Source: a plasmid
Length of the DNA: 64,000 nt
Direction: 5' to 3' (one strand)
Sequence record: NZ_CP110904.1
Shown here: positions 1 through 9,301 of the stretch, one piece after another
How the letters are laid out: the number at the start of each line of letters is the position of its first letter
How positions within the stretch are numbered: position 1 is the stretch's first letter
Notes under the pieces: generated by a model
What the model was told of the DNA's origin: nothing
The model's database searches: none
The model's input: only the letters and a program-made list of their open reading frames with translations
Program-made: the position numbers and the translations under genes

Positions 1-876
1 ATGAGTGATAACAATGAGTTAGCACATCCGTTTGATGTGACCAACACGGATACAGGGAGGACTTATCAACTGAGTCCAAACTCTTCGAAATCGGTCCAAC
101 CCATTGCTTTACTGCGCTTAAGTGTTTTTACCCCGGTGGGAACTAAAGAGAAGCGATTCAGAAATTTTGAGGTTGATGCTTCTGATGAGTTGTCGAGCAT
201 GGAACTGGCCCGGTCAGAAGGATACGATGACATCCGGATCACTGGCCTTAAGCTTTCGATGTCCACGGACTTCAAGTGTTGGCTTGGGTGCATTATGGCG
301 TTCAGTAAATATGGATTCGCCTCCGAGAAAATAACATTGTCGTTCAATGAGTTTGCAAAAATGTGTGGTATCAGTTCTACAAATATCAACAAGCGAACCC
401 GTTCACGATTTCAGGAAGCGCTGGCAAACCTCGCGTCCGTTGTTATTTCTTTCCGTGATTCTAAAACTGAACGCTTCACTGTCACACACCTTGTGCAGAA
501 AGCTATGATTGACCCTAAGAAGGACACAGTAGAGCTCGTGGGTGATCCCTCGATGTGGGAGCTTTACCGGTATGATCATAAAACCCTATTAAGCTTACAG
601 GTACTGTCGGTTCTCGCCAAAAAAGAAGCTGCACAGAGCCTGTACATCTATTTTGAGGCAATGCCTGCCGGAACGTTATTCGTTAACATGAAGCGTTTGC
701 GTGAGCGGCTTCTTTTGACGACTCCAGTACGTACTCAAAACCAGATCATCAGAAAGGCTATGCTGGAGTTAAAATCAATAGGATACCTTGAATATCAAGA
801 GGTTAAGAAAGGTAGAGATATTCAGTTCCAGATTTTTAAGAGAAGTCCAAAGCTTGCTCTGGCAAAACAAAGCTGA
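1..876 (+). CDS. repA: Replication initiator RepA (RepFIB / P1 RepA family)
   Basis: 291-aa ORF with strong motif similarity to P307 RepFIB RepA (recalled from memory), e.g. VQPIALLRLSVFTP, ITGLKLSMSTDFKCWLG, FNEFAKMCGISS, YLEYQEVKKGR. A large iteron array lies immediately downstream. Confidence 0.85.
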   Translation: MSDNNELAHPFDVTNTDTGRTYQLSPNSSKSVQPIALLRLSVFTPVGTKEKRFRNFEVDASDELSSMELARSEGYDDIRITGLKLSMSTDFKCWLGCIMAFSKYGFASEKITLSFNEFAKMCGISSTNINKRTRSRFQEALANLASVVISFRDSKTERFTVTHLVQKAMIDPKKDTVELVGDPSMWELYRYDHKTLLSLQVLSVLAKKEAAQSLYIYFEAMPAGTLFVNMKRLRERLLLTTPVRTQNQIIRKAMLELKSIGYLEYQEVKKGRDIQFQIFKRSPKLALAKQS

Positions 877-975
877 TCCTCTGGTTCAGTTCGCAGAAAA
901 GTAACTTTGGATGTAATGAGGCGTACGGGCATTCATCCAAATGCTTTTTTGGACGCCTCTGCTGATATGAATACC

Positions 976-1029
976 CTTCCCTGCTTCCCTGCTTCCCTGC
1001 TTCCCTGCTTCCCTGCTTCCCTGCTTCCT
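976..1029. repeat. Tandem 9-bp microsatellite (CCCTGCTTC x ~6)
   Basis: Direct reading: ccctgcttc repeated head-to-tail about six times, ~100 bp after the repA stop. Confidence 0.9.
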
Positions 1030-1399
1030 TTCTTACTTTTGCTTAAGCACCCTGGGAATTTTGAGCATTCGATCGAATGCTTTATTTAACTAATTTTCAC
1101 TGAGTTAGATAACGAATACTAAGCAATTGATTTTGAATGATTTAATCAGAAGTCATTCATCCAGATGCCTTTAGATAAAACTACCCATCAACGCTTGTGC
1201 ATAGTGGCTATACGTGAAAAATCCCTGTCCTTCTCATGTCACACTGAGATTTGCACAGAAAATTAAAGCCTGTAATTGTCTGGGACATGATTAGAACAGA
1301 GGCGTTTTGATAAATATCCAGTTCAAAACAGAGGTCCCATAATTAAACATAACCTCATGAAAATAAAAGAAAATCGTTTAAAAATCCCATAGTGGTGGT

Positions 1400-2128
1400 G
1401 AAAAGCATTTGCTTCAATGGGGGGAGAAAAGTGACCTTTGTGAAAAGCACTTGCTTCAATGGCGACAGAAAAGTGCCTTTTGTATAAAAGCATTTGCTTG
1501 AATGAGTTTGTGTAAGGTGCCTACGTTGGAAACCCCTGGCATGAATGAGGCGGGAAGATGCCTTTAGCTGAAAAGCATTTGCATGAATGGGACAGTAAAA
1601 AGGTGCCTTTAGCTGAAAGCATTTGCATGAATGGGGCCGCAAACGGTGGCATTGGTCGAAAAGCATTTGCATGAATGGTGCAGCAAACGGGGCATTGGTC
1701 GAAAAGCATTTGCATGAATGGGATAGTAAAAGGTGCTTTTGGTTGACAGGCATTTGCATGAATGGCGCCGTAACGGTGTCTTTGACCGGAAAGCATTTGG
1801 ATGAATCGACCTGAAAAGGTGCCTTTGGACTGAAAGTACCTCTCTTAATGGGATTCGATAGCTGAATTTCACCAAAAAGCATTTACATGAATGGAATAGT
1901 AAAAGTTGCCCTTGGTCGAAAAGCAACTGCATGAATGAGCCCGGAAAAGGTTCCTTTGGTCGAAAAGCATTTGCATGAATGGGTTTCGGATATGTGTCTT
2001 TGCTACAAAGGCATTTGCATGAATGAGGCTGGAAAAGGCGCATTGTTTGAAAAGCATTTGCATGAATGGGGCGACACACAGGATGTGGCTGAAAAGCACT
2101 TGTATCAATGGGAAAAGTGACTTTTTTA
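1400..2128. repeat. Iteron array: ~17 copies of a ~22-bp iteron (consensus GAAAAGCATTTGCATGAATGGG) at 42-46 bp periodicity, alternating with near-palindromic ~20-bp spacers
   Basis: Copies start near 1400, 1443, 1485, 1529, 1572, 1612, 1659, 1702, 1748, 1790, 1835, 1875, 1918, 1962, 2008, 2049 and 2090. Spacers are mostly AAAAGGTGCCTTTGG-like. Listed ORFs 1355-2120 on both strands are repeat-derived and spurious. Confidence 0.85.
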
Positions 2129-2409
2129 GAATGACATCCTTACACAGAGCTTTCTCAAATATCGGACTGGATGGTTATCACAAAAATGGTGAAGAGATAG
2201 ACGATGAACTTCTTCCCTATAAAGAAAAAATAACCTGCCTCACCTTCTTCAATCCGATATACACACGGTATTCACATGTGACATTCATAGGCTAAAAAAA
2301 CACCAGGCGCAATTAAGGGAAAAAAAGGGTGGTTAACAGAAAAATGAAAGAAAAATAAAAAGTATTATGCAAATGCGTTTACGTGAACTCAAATCAACAC
2401 GGAGTAATT

Positions 2410-2763
2410 ATGGAACTGACATTGAATACTAACGTTGAAAGAGAACAAACTAACGCTTTTGCATTTCTGAAGTCTAAACATGCAAAAGTGCCTTTGTTTA
2501 TTCTCCTGTTTTTAGCAAGTTGCGGTTTAGCGTACGCGGGTTCCGACGACGGAGCCTTCGGCGATATCTGGGCCTACATGAGCGAAGCATTAACTGGTGC
2601 GCCGGGTAAAATCATCGCTTGCGGCATGTTGTTCTCCGTAGCTTATTTCGGCGTTGTAAAACCTAACCTTGGTTTGGCGCTGGTTTCAGCATTAATGATG
2701 CTGATTATGGCAAACGGTGAAAAAATTATCAGCACGTTCCTGGATGCTGGTATCCCGCTGTGA
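2410..2763 (+). CDS. trhA: F-type (TraA-like) propilin; long leader plus two hydrophobic segments
   Basis: First gene of the T4SS block. Listed ORF begins at a GTG at 2383, but the ATG at 2410 has a GGAG RBS. Hydrophobic, A/G-rich mature region typical of TraA/VirB2-like pilins. Confidence 0.55.
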   Translation: MELTLNTNVEREQTNAFAFLKSKHAKVPLFILLFLASCGLAYAGSDDGAFGDIWAYMSEALTGAPGKIIACGMLFSVAYFGVVKPNLGLALVSALMMLIMANGEKIISTFLDAGIPL

Positions 2764-2814
2764 TTTGTTAGAACAATAACGATGAGGGGGATATTCCCCC
2801 TCTCTGGAGTTTTT

Positions 2815-3132
2815 ATGACAAGTCAGTACGAGGTACCTCCACATACCTATCGTTTCCCTTACAGAATTAATATGCCTTTGTTGATTCTATTCTGGGATGC
2901 AAAGCAATTGGGTATAACATTCGTGACTATCGCGAGTGGTAATATTTTTGATTTCTTTATAACTTCTGTAGTTGTTGCGGTTGTGTTTTGGTTTGCATAT
3001 AAAAAAGCAGCTGAAGAAGGAGTTAGAGGAAAACTCAAACACAAACTGTGGTGGTTCGGCTTGTTTCCAGGGAAATCAGTGTTTAGTAGTCGTTACTTTA
3101 CCGATCCATTTATCAGAAACCTCTATTCTTGA
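2815..3132 (+). CDS. TraL-like small inner-membrane T4SS protein
   Basis: Position after the pilin gene. One long TM segment. RBS ggag precedes the ATG at 2815 (listed ORF starts at 2782). Confidence 0.4.
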   Translation: MTSQYEVPPHTYRFPYRINMPLLILFWDAKQLGITFVTIASGNIFDFFITSVVVAVVFWFAYKKAAEEGVRGKLKHKLWWFGLFPGKSVFSSRYFTDPFIRNLYS

Positions 3133-3143
3133 TGGAGCTAAGA

Positions 3144-3929
3144 ATGAAACTTCTCAGCAAGCTTAAAATTCCATTCATTAAAAGTGCCAGTAATGGCGAT
3201 TTTGATAAAAAGGACGAGACTTCGCAAAATGGAGGCGAAGACTTAAAAGGACGCTTTCGGGATTCTAAAGCTCGCTTTAGTAAAGAGATTGAAGCTTCTG
3301 AAATTGGAATTACTTATAGTGCATTGATTAAACGTGACGAAAAACTCTTACGTGTGAATTCAATTGCTATATTAGTCATCGCAGTTTTAGTGGTAAAAAA
3401 TCAATTTCTTACCGATCCTGTGACTATTGTGCTTCCGCCTAATATGACGGAAGAAGTTAAAGTTGTGGGAAATAAAGCCTCAGAGTCATATAAAACTCAA
3501 TGGGCCTTATTCTTCAGTACTTTAATTGGGAACATAAACCCAACAAACATAGGCTTTGTAACAACAACCATATTGGATGCGCTTTCTCCGGATTTACAGG
3601 CGAAAACCCGTGAGTCATTACAGCAGCAGACCAATATTATGCAAGCTCGTGGTGTTGAACAGTCATTTAAACCGATCGATATGTATTATGACACCAAAAA
3701 TGACATGGTCTATGTCTGGGGAACGAAATCAACGCGTTTGATTAATGTTCCGGACAAAACAGAATCATCAAAATGGACGTTTGAATGGGTGCTGGGTATG
3801 AAAAACGGACGACCACGCATAGCCTATGTAAATCAGTATTCTGGTACACCAAATATTAAGAAAATTACAATCAACGGCAAAGAACAACTGGCAACACTCG
3901 ATAATCCCCCGCCGTCTACAGGTAACTAA
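3144..3929 (+). CDS. TraE/VirB5-position membrane protein (TraE-like)
   Basis: N-terminal TM followed by a periplasmic domain. Gene order L-E-K-B as in MPF-F systems. Confidence 0.45.
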   Translation: MKLLSKLKIPFIKSASNGDFDKKDETSQNGGEDLKGRFRDSKARFSKEIEASEIGITYSALIKRDEKLLRVNSIAILVIAVLVVKNQFLTDPVTIVLPPNMTEEVKVVGNKASESYKTQWALFFSTLIGNINPTNIGFVTTTILDALSPDLQAKTRESLQQQTNIMQARGVEQSFKPIDMYYDTKNDMVYVWGTKSTRLINVPDKTESSKWTFEWVLGMKNGRPRIAYVNQYSGTPNIKKITINGKEQLATLDNPPPSTGN

Positions 3930-3931
3930 TT

Positions 3932-5170
3932 ATGACTTCTAAAAAGGGCTTTCGCTGTCACGCGATTACAGCAATGATCTTGCTGGCAACTTCGAATGTA
4001 GTCTTTGCTGAAGACTATCAGTTACCGGCGACAGTAAATAACCCGGTTGTTATGCCTGTCGGGGCAGATGAATTTCAGAATGGTGTGAAAAATGCGATTA
4101 TTAAAGAATCAGGCACCGGCCCCGCGCCTGAGACGTCACAAGCAACAAAACCGACCACTGAACTACCAAGTCTTTCACCTGCAAGTAGTGCCTCCCCAGC
4201 TGTCAATGAGATAACTGGCGCATTGTCAAAAAACCCTACGCTTGTCGGTTATCAGCAACAGGTTAAATCCGGAAATTTTGATAGTTACGGAAGACCGGCA
4301 GGGAAAGAGCCTCAACAAAATGCACAAAGCACCGGGGCCCCTTCAAAAGCAGATGAGTTATATGTAGAAGCTCGTAATCGCTACAAAGAAGTGCAGCGAG
4401 TAAACGTCCCACCGGGTGGGAATATTGTACTGCCAGTTTCACGGGGTCTGCAAAACAGAATTTCAACTTCATTTAAAAACGCATCTGTAAGTACTTCAAC
4501 GCCAGGTGATGAAGCCAGTATTTTCGTTAACGGCGGCGATGTATTTATTTCAACAAACACGGATAAGCCAATTGGAATAATGCTTTCAGAAGATTCAGTG
4601 CCTGAATCGACTTATAACCTGACACTGGTTCCACTGGATGTTCCTGGTGCAATGATTTCGGTCACAACTTCTTTGAGCCCGACAATGCAGGCGAAACGTG
4701 AGACATCTTTGGATAAACATAATTATGATGAGATGCTGGCACGATCCCAGTCAGAAGAGTTGGCACCATCTGACCCTCGTCAGGATGACCATAAACAGCG
4801 GATCATTGATTTACTGACTCCGGTTGCGCTAGGTGAGGTTCCTTCTGGTTTTAGTTTACAAGAAGACCGCTTGTCACGTATACCGAGCTCAGAGCAGTCC
4901 CCGTGTAATTTCAATATGTATTCAAAGTTAGGGCAAAGACTTGTGGGATCTAGGGAATTGATAGATGTCATTCTTGTTAAAAATGACAAGCCTTACGGAC
5001 AAGTTGTCGCTGATCAGCAATGTATAACTGAAGGAGTAATTGCAAGTGCTTTGTTCGATAAAGCATTTCTTCAGCCTGGAGAGGAAACCGAGCTTTACAT
5101 TGTGCGGGATAAATTATTTAAAGAGCGCCAGACTCGTGTAACCACACGACCAAGCCTGATTAAAAGATAA
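3932..5170 (+). CDS. TraK-like periplasmic/secretin-like T4SS protein with signal peptide
   Basis: Signal peptide MILLATSNVVFA. 412 aa. Positioned between the TraE-like and TraB-like genes. Confidence 0.45.
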   Translation: MTSKKGFRCHAITAMILLATSNVVFAEDYQLPATVNNPVVMPVGADEFQNGVKNAIIKESGTGPAPETSQATKPTTELPSLSPASSASPAVNEITGALSKNPTLVGYQQQVKSGNFDSYGRPAGKEPQQNAQSTGAPSKADELYVEARNRYKEVQRVNVPPGGNIVLPVSRGLQNRISTSFKNASVSTSTPGDEASIFVNGGDVFISTNTDKPIGIMLSEDSVPESTYNLTLVPLDVPGAMISVTTSLSPTMQAKRETSLDKHNYDEMLARSQSEELAPSDPRQDDHKQRIIDLLTPVALGEVPSGFSLQEDRLSRIPSSEQSPCNFNMYSKLGQRLVGSRELIDVILVKNDKPYGQVVADQQCITEGVIASALFDKAFLQPGEETELYIVRDKLFKERQTRVTTRPSLIKR

Positions 5171-5171
5171 A

Positions 5172-5612
5172 ATGAGAAAAGCTACTTTTCTTACAGGGGT
5201 CTCATTTGGACTAGTCGTTTTTTTGGGTACCAGTTATTACTACCAAACTGAGTACATTCCAAAAGGAACAGTGAATATAGTTCCCGATGACCACCGACCG
5301 GGTGAGACAGTTGACGATGCGTTTGAAGAACATACGATAATTATAAGCGACCCTACCCTTGCGCAAAAATTCGTTGGAAGCTCAACCGAGTTTGAAAGTC
5401 GGCGCGGAGTTAAGGAAATTAAAGAAGTTGGTTCGCTTAATAATGGTAAGGATTTTGCCCCTGTTGAATCCGATAATTCAGGATTGAATTTTAAAGATAA
5501 ATGGCCCAGGGCGGGTGAACCTTATATCGTGCCTCAGATGACAGAAAACGAACGAAATTTGAAAGTTAAGCGCTTCCAGCAACCAAAGAGTGGAGTTAAT
5601 AATGGACATTAA
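5172..5612 (+). CDS. Hypothetical membrane-anchored protein
   Basis: N-terminal TM. Tightly packed within the T4SS operon. Confidence 0.45.
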   Translation: MRKATFLTGVSFGLVVFLGTSYYYQTEYIPKGTVNIVPDDHRPGETVDDAFEEHTIIISDPTLAQKFVGSSTEFESRRGVKEIKEVGSLNNGKDFAPVESDNSGLNFKDKWPRAGEPYIVPQMTENERNLKVKRFQQPKSGVNNGH

Positions 5613-6960
5613 AAATGCCTGGGAAAATAAAACTGTCAGAATCTCAGTAATTGGTGCTGCGTTGATTGTATTGATTATCGTTATTAGTCAATCAATTTTT
5701 TCCACTCCGGTTAAAAAAGAGAAGAAAACCCAGAAAAAAGATATGCAAACTGGGTTCCTGATTGATGATTCACAAATGACTAAGCTGAGTAACGAGGAAA
5801 GCCAGAAGACTTATAACGAAATGGTCAGGCAGAACCGCATTGATCAGAATGCGGCAAAGGCAGATCGTGATAAAGCTGAAAAGGCCCAGCAAGAAAGCAA
5901 AGTACAGATTGCCAACCTTGCTTCACAAGTCCAGCAGCTCTCGACGCAGTTGACTGACATGCAGACCTCACGAAACGGTAATCGTAATCTCGACGCAGGT
6001 GGGTCACGCAAAAACGTCAATGAGCAGGCCCCAGCAACGCCATACCAGCTAAATCCAAATGCTGCGGTGAATGGGGCTAGTTCCGGATACGCTCCGATCA
6101 CACCGACCCGAAATAGCCCAATGCGGACTATCACGCAGAGTTCAATTAAGACAAATGGTTCTGATGGTGTCATTCAGGTTATGCCGATATCCGAAAGCCG
6201 GATAAGAGAGGGGCGTGAGGTCGTTGCTGGCGGTGACAAAGCCCCGACACGAACTATTCGCGGCGACGGGACCGCTCCTGTAGACAGTAAAGCTCGGCAT
6301 GCGGCACGTAAAGACGAAATGTTTCTCCCAGCGACGTCAATTATCACAGGGGTGCTAATTAATGGTCTGGAAGCCCCAACGAGTCTGTCGTCTAAAGCTG
6401 AACCCATGCCAGTCACTATGCGTATTAAAAAAGACATCATCATGCCAAACAATTTCACGATGGATTTGCGGGATTGTAATTTGTTGGGTTCAGCTGTGGG
6501 TGATCTGGCGTCACAGCGAGCATACATTCGGGCAACATCAATATCTTGTGTGAACTCGAAAGGAAAAGCTTTCGACGTCAAACTGGAAGCATACGCAGTT
6601 AGTGAAAATGACGGGAAAAATGGTATTCGTGGAAATCTGATAAGTAGAAATGGAAATGCGATCGCAGGTTCTGCTTTTGCAGGAGGCCTGTCAGCACTGG
6701 CTGGTAGTCTGAGCCCATCTAAGGTGTCTTCGTTAAATATCGATCCTAACTCAACGGCTGAATACCAATCGCCGAACATCGGGGCATTAGGAGCGTTGGC
6801 CGGAGCCGGAGCAGCTCAGGGCGGTCTAAACCGTCTTGTGGACTACTACACATCAATTGCTGAGCAGCAGTGGCCAATAGTCGAAGTTAGCCCAGGGCGC
6901 CCAATTACGTTTATCGTTCAATCAGGCGCAACAATACCTACAAACCTGACGAGTCGCTGA
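5602..6960 (+). CDS. trhB: TraB / VirB10-like T4SS protein
   Basis: N-terminal TM (VRISVIGAALIVLIIVI), coiled-coil Q-rich region, and a Pro-rich linker followed by a C-terminal beta-rich domain. Position matches TraB. Confidence 0.6.
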   Translation: MDIKNAWENKTVRISVIGAALIVLIIVISQSIFSTPVKKEKKTQKKDMQTGFLIDDSQMTKLSNEESQKTYNEMVRQNRIDQNAAKADRDKAEKAQQESKVQIANLASQVQQLSTQLTDMQTSRNGNRNLDAGGSRKNVNEQAPATPYQLNPNAAVNGASSGYAPITPTRNSPMRTITQSSIKTNGSDGVIQVMPISESRIREGREVVAGGDKAPTRTIRGDGTAPVDSKARHAARKDEMFLPATSIITGVLINGLEAPTSLSSKAEPMPVTMRIKKDIIMPNNFTMDLRDCNLLGSAVGDLASQRAYIRATSISCVNSKGKAFDVKLEAYAVSENDGKNGIRGNLISRNGNAIAGSAFAGGLSALAGSLSPSKVSSLNIDPNSTAEYQSPNIGALGALAGAGAAQGGLNRLVDYYTSIAEQQWPIVEVSPGRPITFIVQSGATIPTNLTSR

Positions 6961-6968
6961 GGTTAATT

Positions 6969-7475
6969 ATGGAAAATAACATTGAACCAGGAACAAAAAG
7001 TGATTCTACTGAAAACGTGAAGCTTGAGGCGGCTAAACCTGTTGGGGGTATACGTACAACCAAAAAAGTAACTTTGGAAATAGATATCGAGAAAACCCTC
7101 AAGTATTTGATGCTAGCTGGCCTAGCTGTGCTTTTCGTGATCTATGGATACAAGGGGGCGAGTTTTGTTTATGAAAGCGTCAAAGCAATGTCGAATCCGT
7201 CCTACCAAATTGCAGTACTTGATATGCAAACTTTAAGGAAAGAATTTAATAAGCAGAATCCTGAGCCGGATTTGGTACAGTCTAAAAACAACTTTGAAAA
7301 TTACTTTAAAGCATTAATGAAAGTTTACCGTTCTCGTGGCTATTTGGTTATTGATGCATCATTAGCAGTAACAATTCCAGATAATGTTCAAATAGTCTCT
7401 TATATCGACCTTGGTGGAAGTTTTGGTGAGGTACAATCTCTACAAGGCGAAACAAAAGAAAGTGAGATACGATAA
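6969..7475 (+). CDS. Hypothetical single-pass membrane protein
   Basis: TM segment LMLAGLAVLFVIYGY. Lies within the T4SS operon. Confidence 0.45.
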   Translation: MENNIEPGTKSDSTENVKLEAAKPVGGIRTTKKVTLEIDIEKTLKYLMLAGLAVLFVIYGYKGASFVYESVKAMSNPSYQIAVLDMQTLRKEFNKQNPEPDLVQSKNNFENYFKALMKVYRSRGYLVIDASLAVTIPDNVQIVSYIDLGGSFGEVQSLQGETKESEIR

Positions 7476-8333
7476 TTGAAAAAGTTACTTTTATCTCTGC
7501 TGGTCTCTATGATCACAGCGTGTCCACCCCTTACAAATGCTGCTGAAAATGTATTAAACAACACTGATGCAGCTGCATTAATGGAAAAAGCAAAAGAAGG
7601 TGGAGTGTCCACGAAACCTTTAGAGGGCGTACTGGCGAAAATGCAAAGCTATAAGCCTAAAGATGTTATTTACATCCCGACTGGAGGTCTTTATCTGTTC
7701 CAGGATGAACGTTCGCAGTTGATGGCTGTGACCACTGATGGACGTTATACAATAACGGGTGGTAGCGTCATGGACATTCTTCAGAGAAAGTCAGTCTTAT
7801 CCGTAGAAGATGTACGAAAATCCTACTTTATTAATTTAGACGACGCCCCCTTTCCTCTTGATACTGTGGCATTGATCCCTTTAGGAAACCCAAAACTAAA
7901 AAGACAAGCCGCTATTTTTATCACGCTTGATTGTGATGGTTGCCAAGATTTAATAAAAAAATTCTATGACGAAAGAGAAAAATACCGGGTTGACATCATT
8001 TTAATCCCCTCCCCCGGTGAGCCAAAGCAAGAATTACGTCAACTATGGTGCAGTAAAGAAAAAGGCAAAGTGAATGACCTTGATATCTTGCGTTGGCTTA
8101 TGGGAAATAAGACCGATATAGAACAAAGGCTCCTGACAAAAAAAGAGGCAGAAACATGTCCGGCTGAGCCATTGGTAGGATCTCTGATGCTGGCAGGTAT
8201 TTATAAATTACAGGGCGTACCTTCAGTTGTGAGACAAGACGGACTTGCCGGTAATGGCATACCGAAAGATTTTGATTCATGGTTAAAACAAAGTGTCGAA
8301 CCCTTACTCAAAAACCCATTTGCTACTAATTAA
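7476..8333 (+). CDS. DsbC/TrbB-like periplasmic thiol:disulfide isomerase (CxxC = CDGC)
   Basis: TTG start followed by a classic signal peptide (MKKLLLSLLVSMITA). A thioredoxin-fold CDGC motif follows. The palindrome AAAGTTACTTT overlaps codons 2-5. Confidence 0.6.
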   Translation: MKKLLLSLLVSMITACPPLTNAAENVLNNTDAAALMEKAKEGGVSTKPLEGVLAKMQSYKPKDVIYIPTGGLYLFQDERSQLMAVTTDGRYTITGGSVMDILQRKSVLSVEDVRKSYFINLDDAPFPLDTVALIPLGNPKLKRQAAIFITLDCDGCQDLIKKFYDEREKYRVDIILIPSPGEPKQELRQLWCSKEKGKVNDLDILRWLMGNKTDIEQRLLTKKEAETCPAEPLVGSLMLAGIYKLQGVPSVVRQDGLAGNGIPKDFDSWLKQSVEPLLKNPFATN

Positions 8334-8342
8334 GGTAATGAA

Positions 8343-9293
8343 ATGAACATTAAAAAAGTTATTTTCAGCGCTCTGGTTGTTGGTTCATCTTCATACCTAG
8401 CGGGTTGTACTATCGGCAGCTCAGAATCAGAATGTCCGGGAATTGAAAAAGGGGTCGTTTGTAAAGGCCCTCGTGAAGTTATGGAACTAACGAATAACCG
8501 TGATGATCTTTCCGGCCTTGCGGAGGAAGAAGCTAATTCGGGAAAGGAGAAATCGGCTGTCAATGACAGCCAGTACCCTGCCCAAATTTCGCCGCCTGGC
8601 GCTGTGCAATACCCTAAGTCTGCCGTCTTGGTAAATAAGCCTGTGACATACAAGACGACGCAAATTAAACCTGCTGGCCAAGTCCCCGTTATGTACGATG
8701 AGACATTAAAAATGGGCGCGCCAACATCAACAATCGGGCCACGGCCGATAAGCGGCGTTCCAGTTAATTCTAATGTAAGGATGACAACGAGCTACAGCTC
8801 AACAGGTGCATCCGGTAACCCTTTTATCCATCCGACTGCTGATGTCATGAAGCAAACAACACAGGTTGTATCTCCGGCACCTGTACCGCGCTACGTTGCG
8901 CCAAATTCCGATATCAGTGCTAGTAAAGACCTTTACTCCGTTAATAATGGACAGCCTGTAAACCCTACGCTCAGCTCTGGCCAGATCCAGCAATACCGTA
9001 CACAAGGGTATAAACAGGCTGTGGTAGCTCCAGAACCGCTTGCTGTACTTCAGCAAGGCCGCGTCATGAGAATCACCTTTGCACCATACACGGACGATAA
9101 TGACGCTTTAAACCTGCCTGGCTTTGTCTATGTGAATGTCAAACCCCAAACTTGGATTGCGGGTAAAAATTCGACATCAAATCCGGCGCGAATAGTTCCT
9201 TTGCAAGTTCAGGATGCCGCTCGTGAAAATATGCAACAGCAACAGCGAGCAACGAAAGCAGTTTCGTCTAACGGTATTATCAGACAACTCTGA
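8343..9293 (+). CDS. trhV: TraV-like outer-membrane lipoprotein (lipobox LAGC)
   Basis: Lipobox, Pro/Gln-rich linker. Positioned immediately upstream of the VirB4 ATPase gene. Confidence 0.5.
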   Translation: MNIKKVIFSALVVGSSSYLAGCTIGSSESECPGIEKGVVCKGPREVMELTNNRDDLSGLAEEEANSGKEKSAVNDSQYPAQISPPGAVQYPKSAVLVNKPVTYKTTQIKPAGQVPVMYDETLKMGAPTSTIGPRPISGVPVNSNVRMTTSYSSTGASGNPFIHPTADVMKQTTQVVSPAPVPRYVAPNSDISASKDLYSVNNGQPVNPTLSSGQIQQYRTQGYKQAVVAPEPLAVLQQGRVMRITFAPYTDDNDALNLPGFVYVNVKPQTWIAGKNSTSNPARIVPLQVQDAARENMQQQQRATKAVSSNGIIRQL

Positions 9294-9301
9294 GGTCGCG
9301 A

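Noticed and set aside
1355-2295. Multiple overlapping ORFs (60-175 aa) on both strands across the iteron region
   Set aside because: Their amino-acid sequences are internally repetitive (HANAF, CKCF) because they translate the 43-bp iteron period. No RBS. Artefacts of the repeat array.
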